DNA of 64,000 bases from a virus (Duplodnaviria; Caudoviricetes): IMG/VR virus record IMGVR_UViG_3300011116_001227, one strand, 5' to 3'. The notes under the pieces were generated by a model, which saw only the letters and a program-made list of their open reading frames with translations, ran no database searches and was not told the DNA's origin. Made by a program: the position numbers and the translations under genes. Of the stretch, positions 40,249 through 48,711 are shown one piece after another. Numbering within the stretch: position 1 is the stretch's first letter; each line of letters opens with the position of its first letter.

Positions 40249-40746
40249 ATGAATATTGTTGATGTCATTGAAGCATGCAGTAAATTAGATCACAATAAAC
40301 TCAATAATCTATGTGATCTTATTAAATCAAAATCAACCATAATAATCTTGGGCAACGGAGGCAGCAATGCAATTGCAAGTCACATCTCACAAGATTACAC
40401 TAAGAAATTAAAAAAAAGATCTTTTACTTTTTCAGACCCTTCCAGACTAACTTGCTATATTAATGACTATGGCATGGAAGAAGCTAATCGTCAATTTTTA
40501 AGAGAATTTTCAGATTCAGATTCTTTAGTCATATTAATTTCTTCATCAGGAAATTCAGTTAATATTTTAAATTGTGCAGATTACTGTGTAGAAAAGTCTA
40601 TTGATTTTGTTATACTCACGGGATTTGATCAAAACAACAAACTAAGAAATTATTCTTCTTTAGCAAAAGAAGAATTTTGGATTGATTCAAAAGACTATGG
40701 TGTTGTAGAATGTGTTCATCAACTAATTCTACACGTGCCTGCATGA
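40249..40746 (+). CDS. gmhA: Phosphoheptose isomerase (SIS domain)
   Basis: GNGGSNAIASH, NDYG, ISSSGNSVNI, LTGF. Confidence 0.85.
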   Translation: MNIVDVIEACSKLDHNKLNNLCDLIKSKSTIIILGNGGSNAIASHISQDYTKKLKKRSFTFSDPSRLTCYINDYGMEEANRQFLREFSDSDSLVILISSSGNSVNILNCADYCVEKSIDFVILTGFDQNNKLRNYSSLAKEEFWIDSKDYGVVECVHQLILHVPA

Positions 40747-41072
40747 TCTATTGTTTTGATATAGACGGAACAATTTGTTCTTCAGTAAAAAATAGCGATT
40801 ATCAAAAGGCCGAGCCTTTTAAAGATGTAATTGATGAAATTAATCATCTTTATGAAAGCGGTCATAAGATTATTTTTATGACTGCAAGAGGATCAGTGTC
40901 AGGAAAAGACTGGACAGAACTAACTAAATCACAGCTAAAAAAATGGAATGTCCAGTACCACGAGCTAATCATGAATAAAAAACCGCATGCTGATTTATTC
41001 ATTGATGACAAAGCTAAGAATATTGTAGATTGGAGACGGGAAATACATGAAAAAAAGAGTTCTAATTATTGA
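40743..41072 (+). CDS. Small HAD-family phosphatase (capsule-biosynthesis type)
   Basis: Likely start ATG 40743: MIYCFDIDGT, MTARG, KPHADLFIDD. Confidence 0.8.
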   Translation: MIYCFDIDGTICSSVKNSDYQKAEPFKDVIDEINHLYESGHKIIFMTARGSVSGKDWTELTKSQLKKWNVQYHELIMNKKPHADLFIDDKAKNIVDWRREIHEKKSSNY

Positions 41073-42090
41073 TCCTCAGAAACATTTTCCTCTTGCGGTC
41101 AAAATGTTCGATAATGCTGATTATTTTTCTCCAAGAATAGATCTTAGCAAGATTCCTACAATACAACCTGTAATGACACATGCCCGTGCAGAAGAATTGT
41201 ATGGCGTAAAAATTCTTGAAGAAGAAGATGTCACAGGTGAATATGACTTAGCTGTCATTGTATGGGCTATCAATTCTCTAGGTGACTGGTTAGATGCAAG
41301 AATTCAATGTATGGTTCCAACTACAGTTTCTAACCTAACAGATCTTGAAGAAAGACAAGAATTATTTCACAGCATCTACAAGTTAATAAAAAAAGTTCAG
41401 CCAAAAAAAGTTGTATTTTTTGATGGTAATGATTCTCCTCTTGTAGGCAAAGGCCTAAAGTGGCTTGATGACAACGATTATCAATGTGATGCTGTTTTTA
41501 AAAGAGAATATAGAAGAACTTATGCTTACGACTACGACAATAGAATTCATCCATTTCCTTTTCTAGGCGGCAGTCGTGCAGATCCTTGGTTCCTCTTTGA
41601 AAAGAGGGTCAAAGGAAACGAAGGAATTATGGGATGTTTTTGGTCGGGTGCTCCGATACATAGATTTCAACCTGAAAGACCTGATGAGTGGTGTAATCGT
41701 AGAGACTTTTTGGCAGAAGTCCAAAACTTTTTGGTAATAAAGTCAGGTTTGCCGCAGGCTGAATTCTTAAATCAATTCAATCAATATAAATTTTTTCTTC
41801 ATCTGAACGGTACGGGCCATCTTTGCGGAAGATTTTTTGAAGGTTTATCTAGAGACTCTTTAATGATCATGCAAGAGATGGATGTAGTTTTTCCTTTTGA
41901 CAAAGGAGAGAATTTTCATAAAAAATGTGTCGTTAAAACACCAAGAGAATTTATTGAAAATTTAATAGAATTAGCAAATAATCCTAAGCTCTATGATGAA
42001 TGCAAGAATATTCAAGAACTCATTGTAGAAAAATATTACAATTACGAATGGATTAAAAATTACGTTTTTGAGAAATCTAATGCTTTATGA
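41047..42090 (+). CDS. Glycosyltransferase-like protein
   Basis: FDGND, FKRE, LHLNGTGHLCGRFFE; similar motif layout to 35634-36533. Confidence 0.55.
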   Translation: MKKRVLIIDPQKHFPLAVKMFDNADYFSPRIDLSKIPTIQPVMTHARAEELYGVKILEEEDVTGEYDLAVIVWAINSLGDWLDARIQCMVPTTVSNLTDLEERQELFHSIYKLIKKVQPKKVVFFDGNDSPLVGKGLKWLDDNDYQCDAVFKREYRRTYAYDYDNRIHPFPFLGGSRADPWFLFEKRVKGNEGIMGCFWSGAPIHRFQPERPDEWCNRRDFLAEVQNFLVIKSGLPQAEFLNQFNQYKFFLHLNGTGHLCGRFFEGLSRDSLMIMQEMDVVFPFDKGENFHKKCVVKTPREFIENLIELANNPKLYDECKNIQELIVEKYYNYEWIKNYVFEKSNAL

Positions 42091-43186
42091 TTATGTGATA
42101 GTTGGGTCAGGCCTCTTTGGCGCAATATTCGCTAGAGAAATGACAGATTCGGGAAAGAAATGTCTTGTCATTGACAAACGTGATCACTCAGGCGGTAATG
42201 TTCATTCAGAACAAATTGAAGGAATTCACGTAAGCAAATATGGCGGTCACATATTTCATACGAATGATGAAAGAATCTGGAACTATATAAATAGATTTGC
42301 AAAATTTGATTCCTATCACCACCGCCTTCGCGTGCATTACAAAGAAAAGCTTTATTCTTTTCCCATAAACTTAATGACATGTTACCAGTTGTGGGGGTGT
42401 CGTACGCCAGAGGAAGTTGAACTTCAACTCAATAAGGTAAAAATTCCCATAGATAATCCAAAAAATCTAGAAGAATGGGCATTATCACAAGTAGGACAAG
42501 AGATTTATGAAACATTTGTCAAAGGCTACACACAAAAACAGTGGAACTTAGATCCTAAGAATTTACCAGCTTCTATAATAAAGAGAATACCGATTAGAAC
42601 AAATTACGATGATTGTTATTTCTCTGACAAATTTCAAGGATGGCCATCTAATGGTTATTCAGAAATATTTGATAATTTGCTTAAAGGAATACGTGTAGAA
42701 TTATCAACTGATTTTTTTAAAGATCGCTCTTACTTCGAGAAGATTGGAAAGAAAATAGTCTACACAGGAAAAATTGATGAATATTTTGATTATCTACACG
42801 GAGATTTGTCTTATCGATCACTTAGATTTGAAAATAAGATTTTAGATCAGACTGATTTTCTTGGATGTGCCACTGTGAATTACACAGAATTAGAAGTTCC
42901 TTACACAAGAATTATTGAACACAAGCATTTTCAGCCTCACAGAGTTAGTTTAATACAAAAAACTCTTGTTACTTACGAATATCCTGACGACTGGAATAGA
43001 AGCAAGGTCCCTTATTATCCTGTCAACAATGACGTTAATAATGAGATTTATAGAAATTATCAAGAAGAAACTTTAAAATTGGAAAATGTAATTTTTGGTG
43101 GAAGGTTAGCTGAGTACAGATACTATGATATGCATCAGGTTGTTGGATCAGCATTAAGCAAATCATTAAAAGAATTAAGCAAATGA
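42080..43186 (+). CDS. glf: UDP-galactopyranose mutase
   Basis: VGSGLFG, GGN, YGGHIFHT, EPYYP-like KVPYYP, GRLAEYRYYDMHQ; likely start ATG 42080. Confidence 0.93.
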   Translation: MLYDYVIVGSGLFGAIFAREMTDSGKKCLVIDKRDHSGGNVHSEQIEGIHVSKYGGHIFHTNDERIWNYINRFAKFDSYHHRLRVHYKEKLYSFPINLMTCYQLWGCRTPEEVELQLNKVKIPIDNPKNLEEWALSQVGQEIYETFVKGYTQKQWNLDPKNLPASIIKRIPIRTNYDDCYFSDKFQGWPSNGYSEIFDNLLKGIRVELSTDFFKDRSYFEKIGKKIVYTGKIDEYFDYLHGDLSYRSLRFENKILDQTDFLGCATVNYTELEVPYTRIIEHKHFQPHRVSLIQKTLVTYEYPDDWNRSKVPYYPVNNDVNNEIYRNYQEETLKLENVIFGGRLAEYRYYDMHQVVGSALSKSLKELSK

Positions 43187-43602
43187 AAAAAGGACTTATA
43201 GCAGGATCCTTTGATTTGATCCACCCAGGCTACGTTAGAATGTTTAAAGAATCTAAAAAGATATGTGAATATCTCATCATAGCACTTCAAGATGATCCAA
43301 CAATTGAAAGATCTTCTAAGTGTAAGCCTGTTCATACGCTAGAAGAAAGAAAAGAAATTTTAAGTGCTTTAAAGCACGTTGATGATGTTGTAACATACAC
43401 CTCTGAAAATGAGTTATATGAACTTCTTAAAAATCTAGAGTATGATGTACGAATACTGGGCATCGAATACAAAGAAAAAAATTATACAGGAAAAGATTTA
43501 AACAAACCAGTTTATTGGTTAGACAGACCTCACGCTTATTCAACTACTAGTTTAAAAGAAAAAATTTATAAAGAGCGATCGGAGTTTAAAAAGAAATTAT
43601 GA
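43183..43602 (+). CDS. Cytidylyltransferase-fold nucleotidyltransferase (TagD/HldE-C-like)
   Basis: GSFDLIHPGY (HIGH-like), R-x4-STT (RPHAYSTT). Confidence 0.85.
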   Translation: MKKGLIAGSFDLIHPGYVRMFKESKKICEYLIIALQDDPTIERSSKCKPVHTLEERKEILSALKHVDDVVTYTSENELYELLKNLEYDVRILGIEYKEKNYTGKDLNKPVYWLDRPHAYSTTSLKEKIYKERSEFKKKL

Positions 43603-44540
43603 AAAGATCAATTGCAGTCATCGGACAAGGATTTGTGGGAGGTTCTCTTACAACTGTCTTTTCAGAGCGTGGGTTTGATGTCTATGCGTATGATAAGGCA
43701 GGAAAGTATGCAAAGGGAGCATTGCCAAGTCATGGAGAACCTGTTGCTGGTTACCCAAATTCTATTGCAGAATTAATTCAAGATAATGAGGATGGTGGAA
43801 CACCGGGATTTTCCAACGTTTATTTCGTGTGTCTTCCTACACCAATGTATGAAGATGGTTCAGCTGATCTAAGCATTGTTGAAGGCGCATTGAGAGAATT
43901 AGCAGCTGTACCTGGTCAAAGAATTGCGGTAATTAAGTCGACTATACCCCCAGGATCTACAGAAAAATGGAATGAAATGTTCAAGGAAACAGGTCTAAAA
44001 GTAGTCTTCAACCCAGAGTTCTTGACAGAAAGAACAGCATTAGACGATATGCGCAACCAAGATAGAATTATTCTTGGTGGACCACGACCTTGGATTAATA
44101 CGGTCAAACAAATTTTTAGAACAGCATTTTCAAATACAAAAATAATAAAGACATCATCTACTACTGCTGAAATGGTCAAATATTTGACAAATAATTTTTT
44201 AACAGTCAAGGTTGCATTTGCTAACGAAATGCATCAGATTTGCGAGGCTTTAGACAAAGAAGGCCTCAATGTTGATTACGATAAAGTAATTGAATATGCT
44301 TCGCATGACATTAGACTAGGCCCTAGTCACTGGAATGTGCCTGGACCGGATGGTCGTTTTGGCTTTGGCGGAAGTTGCTTTCCTAAAGACATTAATGCCA
44401 TGATGTGCGTTTCAAAAGGATTAAATGTAAATTCAACAATTCTTAAAGCTGCCTGGGACAAAAATCTTGAAGTAAGACCAGAGCGTGACTGGGAACAACT
44501 TCTTGGAAGAGCAGTTTCTATTAAAAAACAAGATACTTGA
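43599..44540 (+). CDS. UDP-glucose/GDP-mannose dehydrogenase family, lacking C-terminal domain
   Basis: GQGFVG, VCLPTP, KSTIPPG, FNPEFL, GFGGSCFPKD. Confidence 0.88.
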   Translation: MKRSIAVIGQGFVGGSLTTVFSERGFDVYAYDKAGKYAKGALPSHGEPVAGYPNSIAELIQDNEDGGTPGFSNVYFVCLPTPMYEDGSADLSIVEGALRELAAVPGQRIAVIKSTIPPGSTEKWNEMFKETGLKVVFNPEFLTERTALDDMRNQDRIILGGPRPWINTVKQIFRTAFSNTKIIKTSSTTAEMVKYLTNNFLTVKVAFANEMHQICEALDKEGLNVDYDKVIEYASHDIRLGPSHWNVPGPDGRFGFGGSCFPKDINAMMCVSKGLNVNSTILKAAWDKNLEVRPERDWEQLLGRAVSIKKQDT

Positions 44541-44566
44541 ACTAATGGTTATATGAGGCTTACATT
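44537..44566 (+). promoter_or_regulatory. Candidate sigma70-type promoter TTGAAC-N18-TACATT
   Basis: Read from sequence; 10 nt before ATG 44577. Confidence 0.5.
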
Positions 44567-44576
44567 ATGACACATA

Positions 44577-45395
44577 ATGCAAGATACAAAATTATCTTTT
44601 GAGTCTCTTCCCACGGGTAAGCCTCATGTTTCTTTTTCAGAAGTCAAACTCTGGAAAGAATGTTCCTATCGTCACAACTTAGTTCATATCAAAAAAATTG
44701 ACCTGTCAAAACCCTCTCCTGTTTTAGACTTTGGTACTGCAGTTCATGCGTCTTGTGAACATTATCTTCTAACAAGAGAAATGAAGCCAGAAATTGCTTT
44801 TGAACACATGGAAAAAGCTTGGGCCAAGCATGCAGGAAATCCAGATTTTAGCCCCGCTGCATTAGAAAAATCAAAGAAGGAAGTTGAAGCGATTCTTTCA
44901 GAAGTTCCAAAGTTTCTTGATGAAACATTCGAGGAATGGGAAGTTGTCGATGCAGAACATCAACTCTATGAAGCAGTAGAAAATCATCCTCATGCTTTTA
45001 AAGGCTTCATTGATGGTGTTATTAAATCAAAAGGAAAAAGAGGAGAAACATTGTACTGGATCCTCGACTGGAAAACTACTGCAAGAGGATGGATGAGAGA
45101 AAAAAGATCAGACGAAATGGTCAAATCTCAATTGGCTCTCTATAAGAACTTTTGGTGTAAAAAAAATCCTGATGTTCCTTTCAAAAATGTCCGCTGCGGA
45201 TTCGTGCTCCTGAAGAAATCAGCCAAACTAGGAGATCATTGCGAGCTATTCTCTGTATCAATGGGAGATGTTCCCGTAAAAAGATCACTTAAAGTCGTTA
45301 GCAACATGTTAACTTCTGTAAAACGAGGAGTTGCATTAAAAAATCGGGATGCTTGTACGTGGTGCGAATATAAAGGCACCGAGCACTGCACTTAA
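44577..45395 (+). CDS. Cas4/AddB-like PD-(D/E)XK nuclease with four-Cys Fe-S staple
   Basis: N-terminal ECSY, GFIDGV, LDWKT, QLALY, C-terminal CTWCEYKGTEHC. Confidence 0.8.
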   Translation: MQDTKLSFESLPTGKPHVSFSEVKLWKECSYRHNLVHIKKIDLSKPSPVLDFGTAVHASCEHYLLTREMKPEIAFEHMEKAWAKHAGNPDFSPAALEKSKKEVEAILSEVPKFLDETFEEWEVVDAEHQLYEAVENHPHAFKGFIDGVIKSKGKRGETLYWILDWKTTARGWMREKRSDEMVKSQLALYKNFWCKKNPDVPFKNVRCGFVLLKKSAKLGDHCELFSVSMGDVPVKRSLKVVSNMLTSVKRGVALKNRDACTWCEYKGTEHCT

Positions 45396-45399
45396 AAGC

Positions 45400-45705
45400 T
45401 TTGAAAGATAAAGAATACTTTGGGGATATTGTGTCGTTTCAAAAAAGCTTCTTATAGAATTTAATGGCGATTATTGGCATTGTAATCCTCTAAAGTATGA
45501 ATCAAGTTTTTTTATCAAGTTAAAAAATTAAAAGCTCATGAAATATGGGAAAATGATGCTAAAAGACTTGAAACAATTTCTGAATTAGGGTATAGAATAC
45601 ACATTATATGGGAGAGCGAATCCAAGAATGGATCTTGGGTTGATAAGCTCGATCGTTGGCTGGAGGAAAATGCAAAAGAAAACAATACTAATGCTATCAG
45701 ACCAT
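45400..45705 (+). pseudogene. Frameshifted, 5'-truncated Vsr-like (EDxHD) endonuclease remnant
   Basis: Three frames: KEYFGDIV / KKLLIEFNGDYWHCNPLKY / QVKKLKAHEIWENDAKRLETISELGYRIHIIWESE; one shift at T7 run 45507-45513; overlaps GT exon 1. Confidence 0.8.
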
Positions 45706-47181
45706 CCGTGAACGACTACAGCTCAGCGGATGTAAAATTGGGTGAATTGCTGGAAAGTCATGGAACTAACACCACAACGCAACTGGAAACGGTAGACGTG
45801 AAGGTTTGAAAAGTTAGAGCTATATGACAATCAGCAGCCGAGCTCCTGTGAAGAAATTCTGGAGAAGGTTCAGAGACTACGGTTAGCCTAAATCGAAAGA
45901 CATGGTAATGATCCGACAGCGCCCAACACCAATTTGGTGATGATATAGTCCAAACTTCATAAATAAGTGAGCACGTCGGGTGTCGGAACTCAAGCGCGCT
46001 GGTTAGTTCAAGGTTTAACTAGCACTGGCAAATATAGCTTTAGATGTTTTGGCGGAGCAGTAAGACACGACAACTACGATACTGTCGCAGTCGATCCAGA
46101 TTTTATTATAAAGCCAACAGATGGATTTGGCGATAAGAATCTGCTTAGAAAAACTCTTGCGCAAGTAAAACCTGATGCAATTTTGTTGTTTACCGATCCT
46201 AGATTTTTTGTTTGGGTCTGGGAAATGCAAGACGAAATTCAACAAGTATGTCCAATAGCATACTGGCACTTGTGGGACAATCCACCATGGCCAGACTACA
46301 ACAAGGTTCTATATGAGTCAACTGATCTGATCAATTGCATTAATTATCCGACTTATGAGATGGTCAAAGAAAGATTTCCAAATAGAACAAATTATATACC
46401 TCACGCAGTTCCAAAAGATCTTTATAAACTCATTTCAAAAGAGGAGTCAATTCAATTCAAGAAGCGTCTTCTAGGTAATGAAAGAGCTGATCATTTTACT
46501 GTGTTGTATGTTTCAAGAAATGCTAGAAGAAAGATGACTGCTGATATTCTTGTATCTTGGAAGCTATTTCTTAAAGATCTTCAAGAAAAGCACGGTCACA
46601 CAAAAGCTTCTATAATCATGCACTGTGATCCTCTTGATCAAGAAGGAACAAATTTACACAGTGTAATTGACATGCTGGGAATTAAAGAAAATACAATCTT
46701 TTCAAAGGATAGAATTGGTTTTGAAGACATGCGTGTTCTGTACAACATGTGTGATACAGTCGTAAATCGTTCTTCTAATGAAGGATTTGGTTTGCCAATT
46801 CTCGAAGCAAAGATGTGTGGAAAACCAGTCATATCTATTAAAACTGGTGGGTTAACACGTCAAGTTGAAGATCACATAACTGGCGAGCAATATGGAATTG
46901 GTCTTGATCCAGAAGTAAGCTCTATGGTAGGTAATCTTATGATTCCTTACATCTATGAAGACTTTATCTCTCATAAAACTCTTTCTGAAGCTTTTATGAA
47001 GATGTATGATTACGGTCCTGAAAAGAGAGAAGAGATTGGTCAGAGAGCAATGAAGCATGCACACAGAGATTACGATCTTGATGCTGTCGTCGCTGAATGG
47101 GACAGGACTTTAATGAATACAATAGAGAACTGGAAAGATCCAGCCACGAAACCTGCAACATGGGAAATGAAGGTGCTCTGA
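45670..47181 (+). CDS. GT4-family glycosyltransferase, spliced: join(45670..45709,45968..47181)
   Basis: GGAGG SD then MQKKTILMLSDHP; splicing restores DHPLSTSGVGTQAR; NEGFGLPILEA. Confidence 0.88.
45710..45967 (+). ncRNA. Group I self-splicing intron, 258 nt, no internal endonuclease ORF
   Basis: Core motifs GAATTGCTGGAA, AATCAGCAG, CAGAGACTA (45871), GATATAGTCC; P1 CATCCGT/GCGGATG with terminal U-G; P10 GCTCA/TGAGC; P3 TTGGGTG/CGCCCAA; terminal G 45967. Confidence 0.93.
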
Positions 47182-48365
47182 TGTTTGAAACATTTCTAAA
47201 TAAAAAGAAGATTTTACTTCGTGCACCAGTTTTAACTCAGTCTGGATATGGTGTTCATTCAAGACAAATTGCTAGATGGCTCTTAAGCAAAGAGAATCTT
47301 GACGTGTATTTTCAAGCGCTGTCTTGGGGCAATACTCCGTGGATCATTAATAGTGATTTTTGTAATGGCTTGATTGGAAAGATGATGGAAAAAACTGTCG
47401 ATCCAACAGGACAAAAATACGATGCTACAATACAAGTTCAGCTTCCTAACGAATGGGACTCAACTTTGTCTTCTGTTAACATAGGAGTATCAGCATTTGT
47501 AGAAACTGATATTTGCAATCCAAGCTGGTTGAGAGACTGTGAAAAAATGACAGCAGTCGTAGTTCCATCAAATCATTGTGTGGATGTCATTAAAAAGACA
47601 GGTTCTTTAACATCACATGTACACGTCATTCCCGAGGCATATCCAGACGAGATTAGAGAAAAGAAAAAGACTCGCGTAGACGACATGATTTTTGATACTA
47701 ATTTTAACTTCTTGTTTGTCGGTCAAATCACAGGAAAAAATGCTGAAAATGACAGAAAAAATATTTTCTACACGATCAAGTGGTTCTGTGAAGTCTTTGA
47801 CAAAGACAAAGATGTAGGTCTTGTAATCAAGACAAACTCTGGAAGAAATACAAAGATCGACAATCAGATTGTCACAAATATGCTTCGGTCTGTCTTGTCA
47901 GAATTGAAAAAGAAGACTGAGCCAAAAATTTACTTAATTCATGGTGAAATGTCAGACCAAGAGATGGTTTCTCTATACACACATCCGCAGATAAAAGCGC
48001 TTGTTTCTTTAACGAGAGGTGAAGGATATGGTCTTCCTCTTCTTGAAGCTGCCGCATCCAGTCTTCCAGTTATTGCAACTGGATGGTCTGGCCATCTTGA
48101 TTTCTTGTCAAAAGGAAAATTTTTAAATATTGATTACAAACTAGAGAATGTTCATCCTTCTAGAGTCGACAACATGATATTCATGCAAAACTCAAAATGG
48201 GCAAATGTGTCTGAAGAAGACTTTAAGAAGAAAATTCTTAAGTTTAGAAACTCACATTCTACTCCAAAAGAATGGGCTAAAGAACTAAGCGAAAAGATTT
48301 TAGATCAGTATTCTTTTGAGTCGATCAGCAAATTATATGACCAAAAAATTGGTAATCTTTTATGA
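47181..48365 (+). CDS. GT4-family glycosyltransferase
   Basis: Likely start ATG 47181 (TGATG overlap); QSGYGVHSR, RKN, RGEGYGLPLLEA, ATGWSGH. Confidence 0.85.
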   Translation: MFETFLNKKKILLRAPVLTQSGYGVHSRQIARWLLSKENLDVYFQALSWGNTPWIINSDFCNGLIGKMMEKTVDPTGQKYDATIQVQLPNEWDSTLSSVNIGVSAFVETDICNPSWLRDCEKMTAVVVPSNHCVDVIKKTGSLTSHVHVIPEAYPDEIREKKKTRVDDMIFDTNFNFLFVGQITGKNAENDRKNIFYTIKWFCEVFDKDKDVGLVIKTNSGRNTKIDNQIVTNMLRSVLSELKKKTEPKIYLIHGEMSDQEMVSLYTHPQIKALVSLTRGEGYGLPLLEAAASSLPVIATGWSGHLDFLSKGKFLNIDYKLENVHPSRVDNMIFMQNSKWANVSEEDFKKKILKFRNSHSTPKEWAKELSEKILDQYSFESISKLYDQKIGNLL

Positions 48366-48649
48366 TATCAACACTGCTGTGTGTTTTATTTGCAAGCTTA
48401 TTCTCGGTTACGCTTTTTTTACTCGTTAGGACTACAAAGAACAGCATTCAACTTCTTGACAAGATTGATGATTTAGAAGAACAGCTAGAAGTTTCTCTGA
48501 CAATACTAAGAGAGAAGCACAAGCGACTTGAAGCAAAATCAAAGATAGAAATATTCTTTGATGATCCTGTAGTGAAAGAAGTCGTAAAGGATATTGCAGA
48601 ATGCAGAGATGTTGTTGAGTCAATTATTAATAATTTTGAGGTCAAATAG
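48362..48649 (+). CDS. Small membrane-anchored coiled-coil protein
   Basis: Hydrophobic N-terminus, coiled coil. Confidence 0.55.
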   Translation: MISTLLCVLFASLFSVTLFLLVRTTKNSIQLLDKIDDLEEQLEVSLTILREKHKRLEAKSKIEIFFDDPVVKEVVKDIAECRDVVESIINNFEVK

Positions 48650-48711
48650 ATCACAATTCAAAACATTGTTTTATTATAAAAAACTGAAATAATTCAATTA
48701 ATGATAATGTA

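Noticed and set aside
44577-45395. CRISPR-Cas locus
   Set aside because: No repeat-spacer array or other cas genes seen in the window
45507-45513. Programmed -1 frameshift producing an active endonuclease
   Set aside because: A second frameshift and the missing 5' end indicate decay rather than recoding
45967-45969. GTG start for the GT4 gene as in the ORF track
   Set aside because: This G is the intron's terminal G; the real start with SD is at 45670
27723-48365. Bacterial chromosomal O-antigen/capsule locus
   Set aside because: No wzx/wzy/wza/ABC export genes; flanked by phage replication and baseplate genes with similar composition
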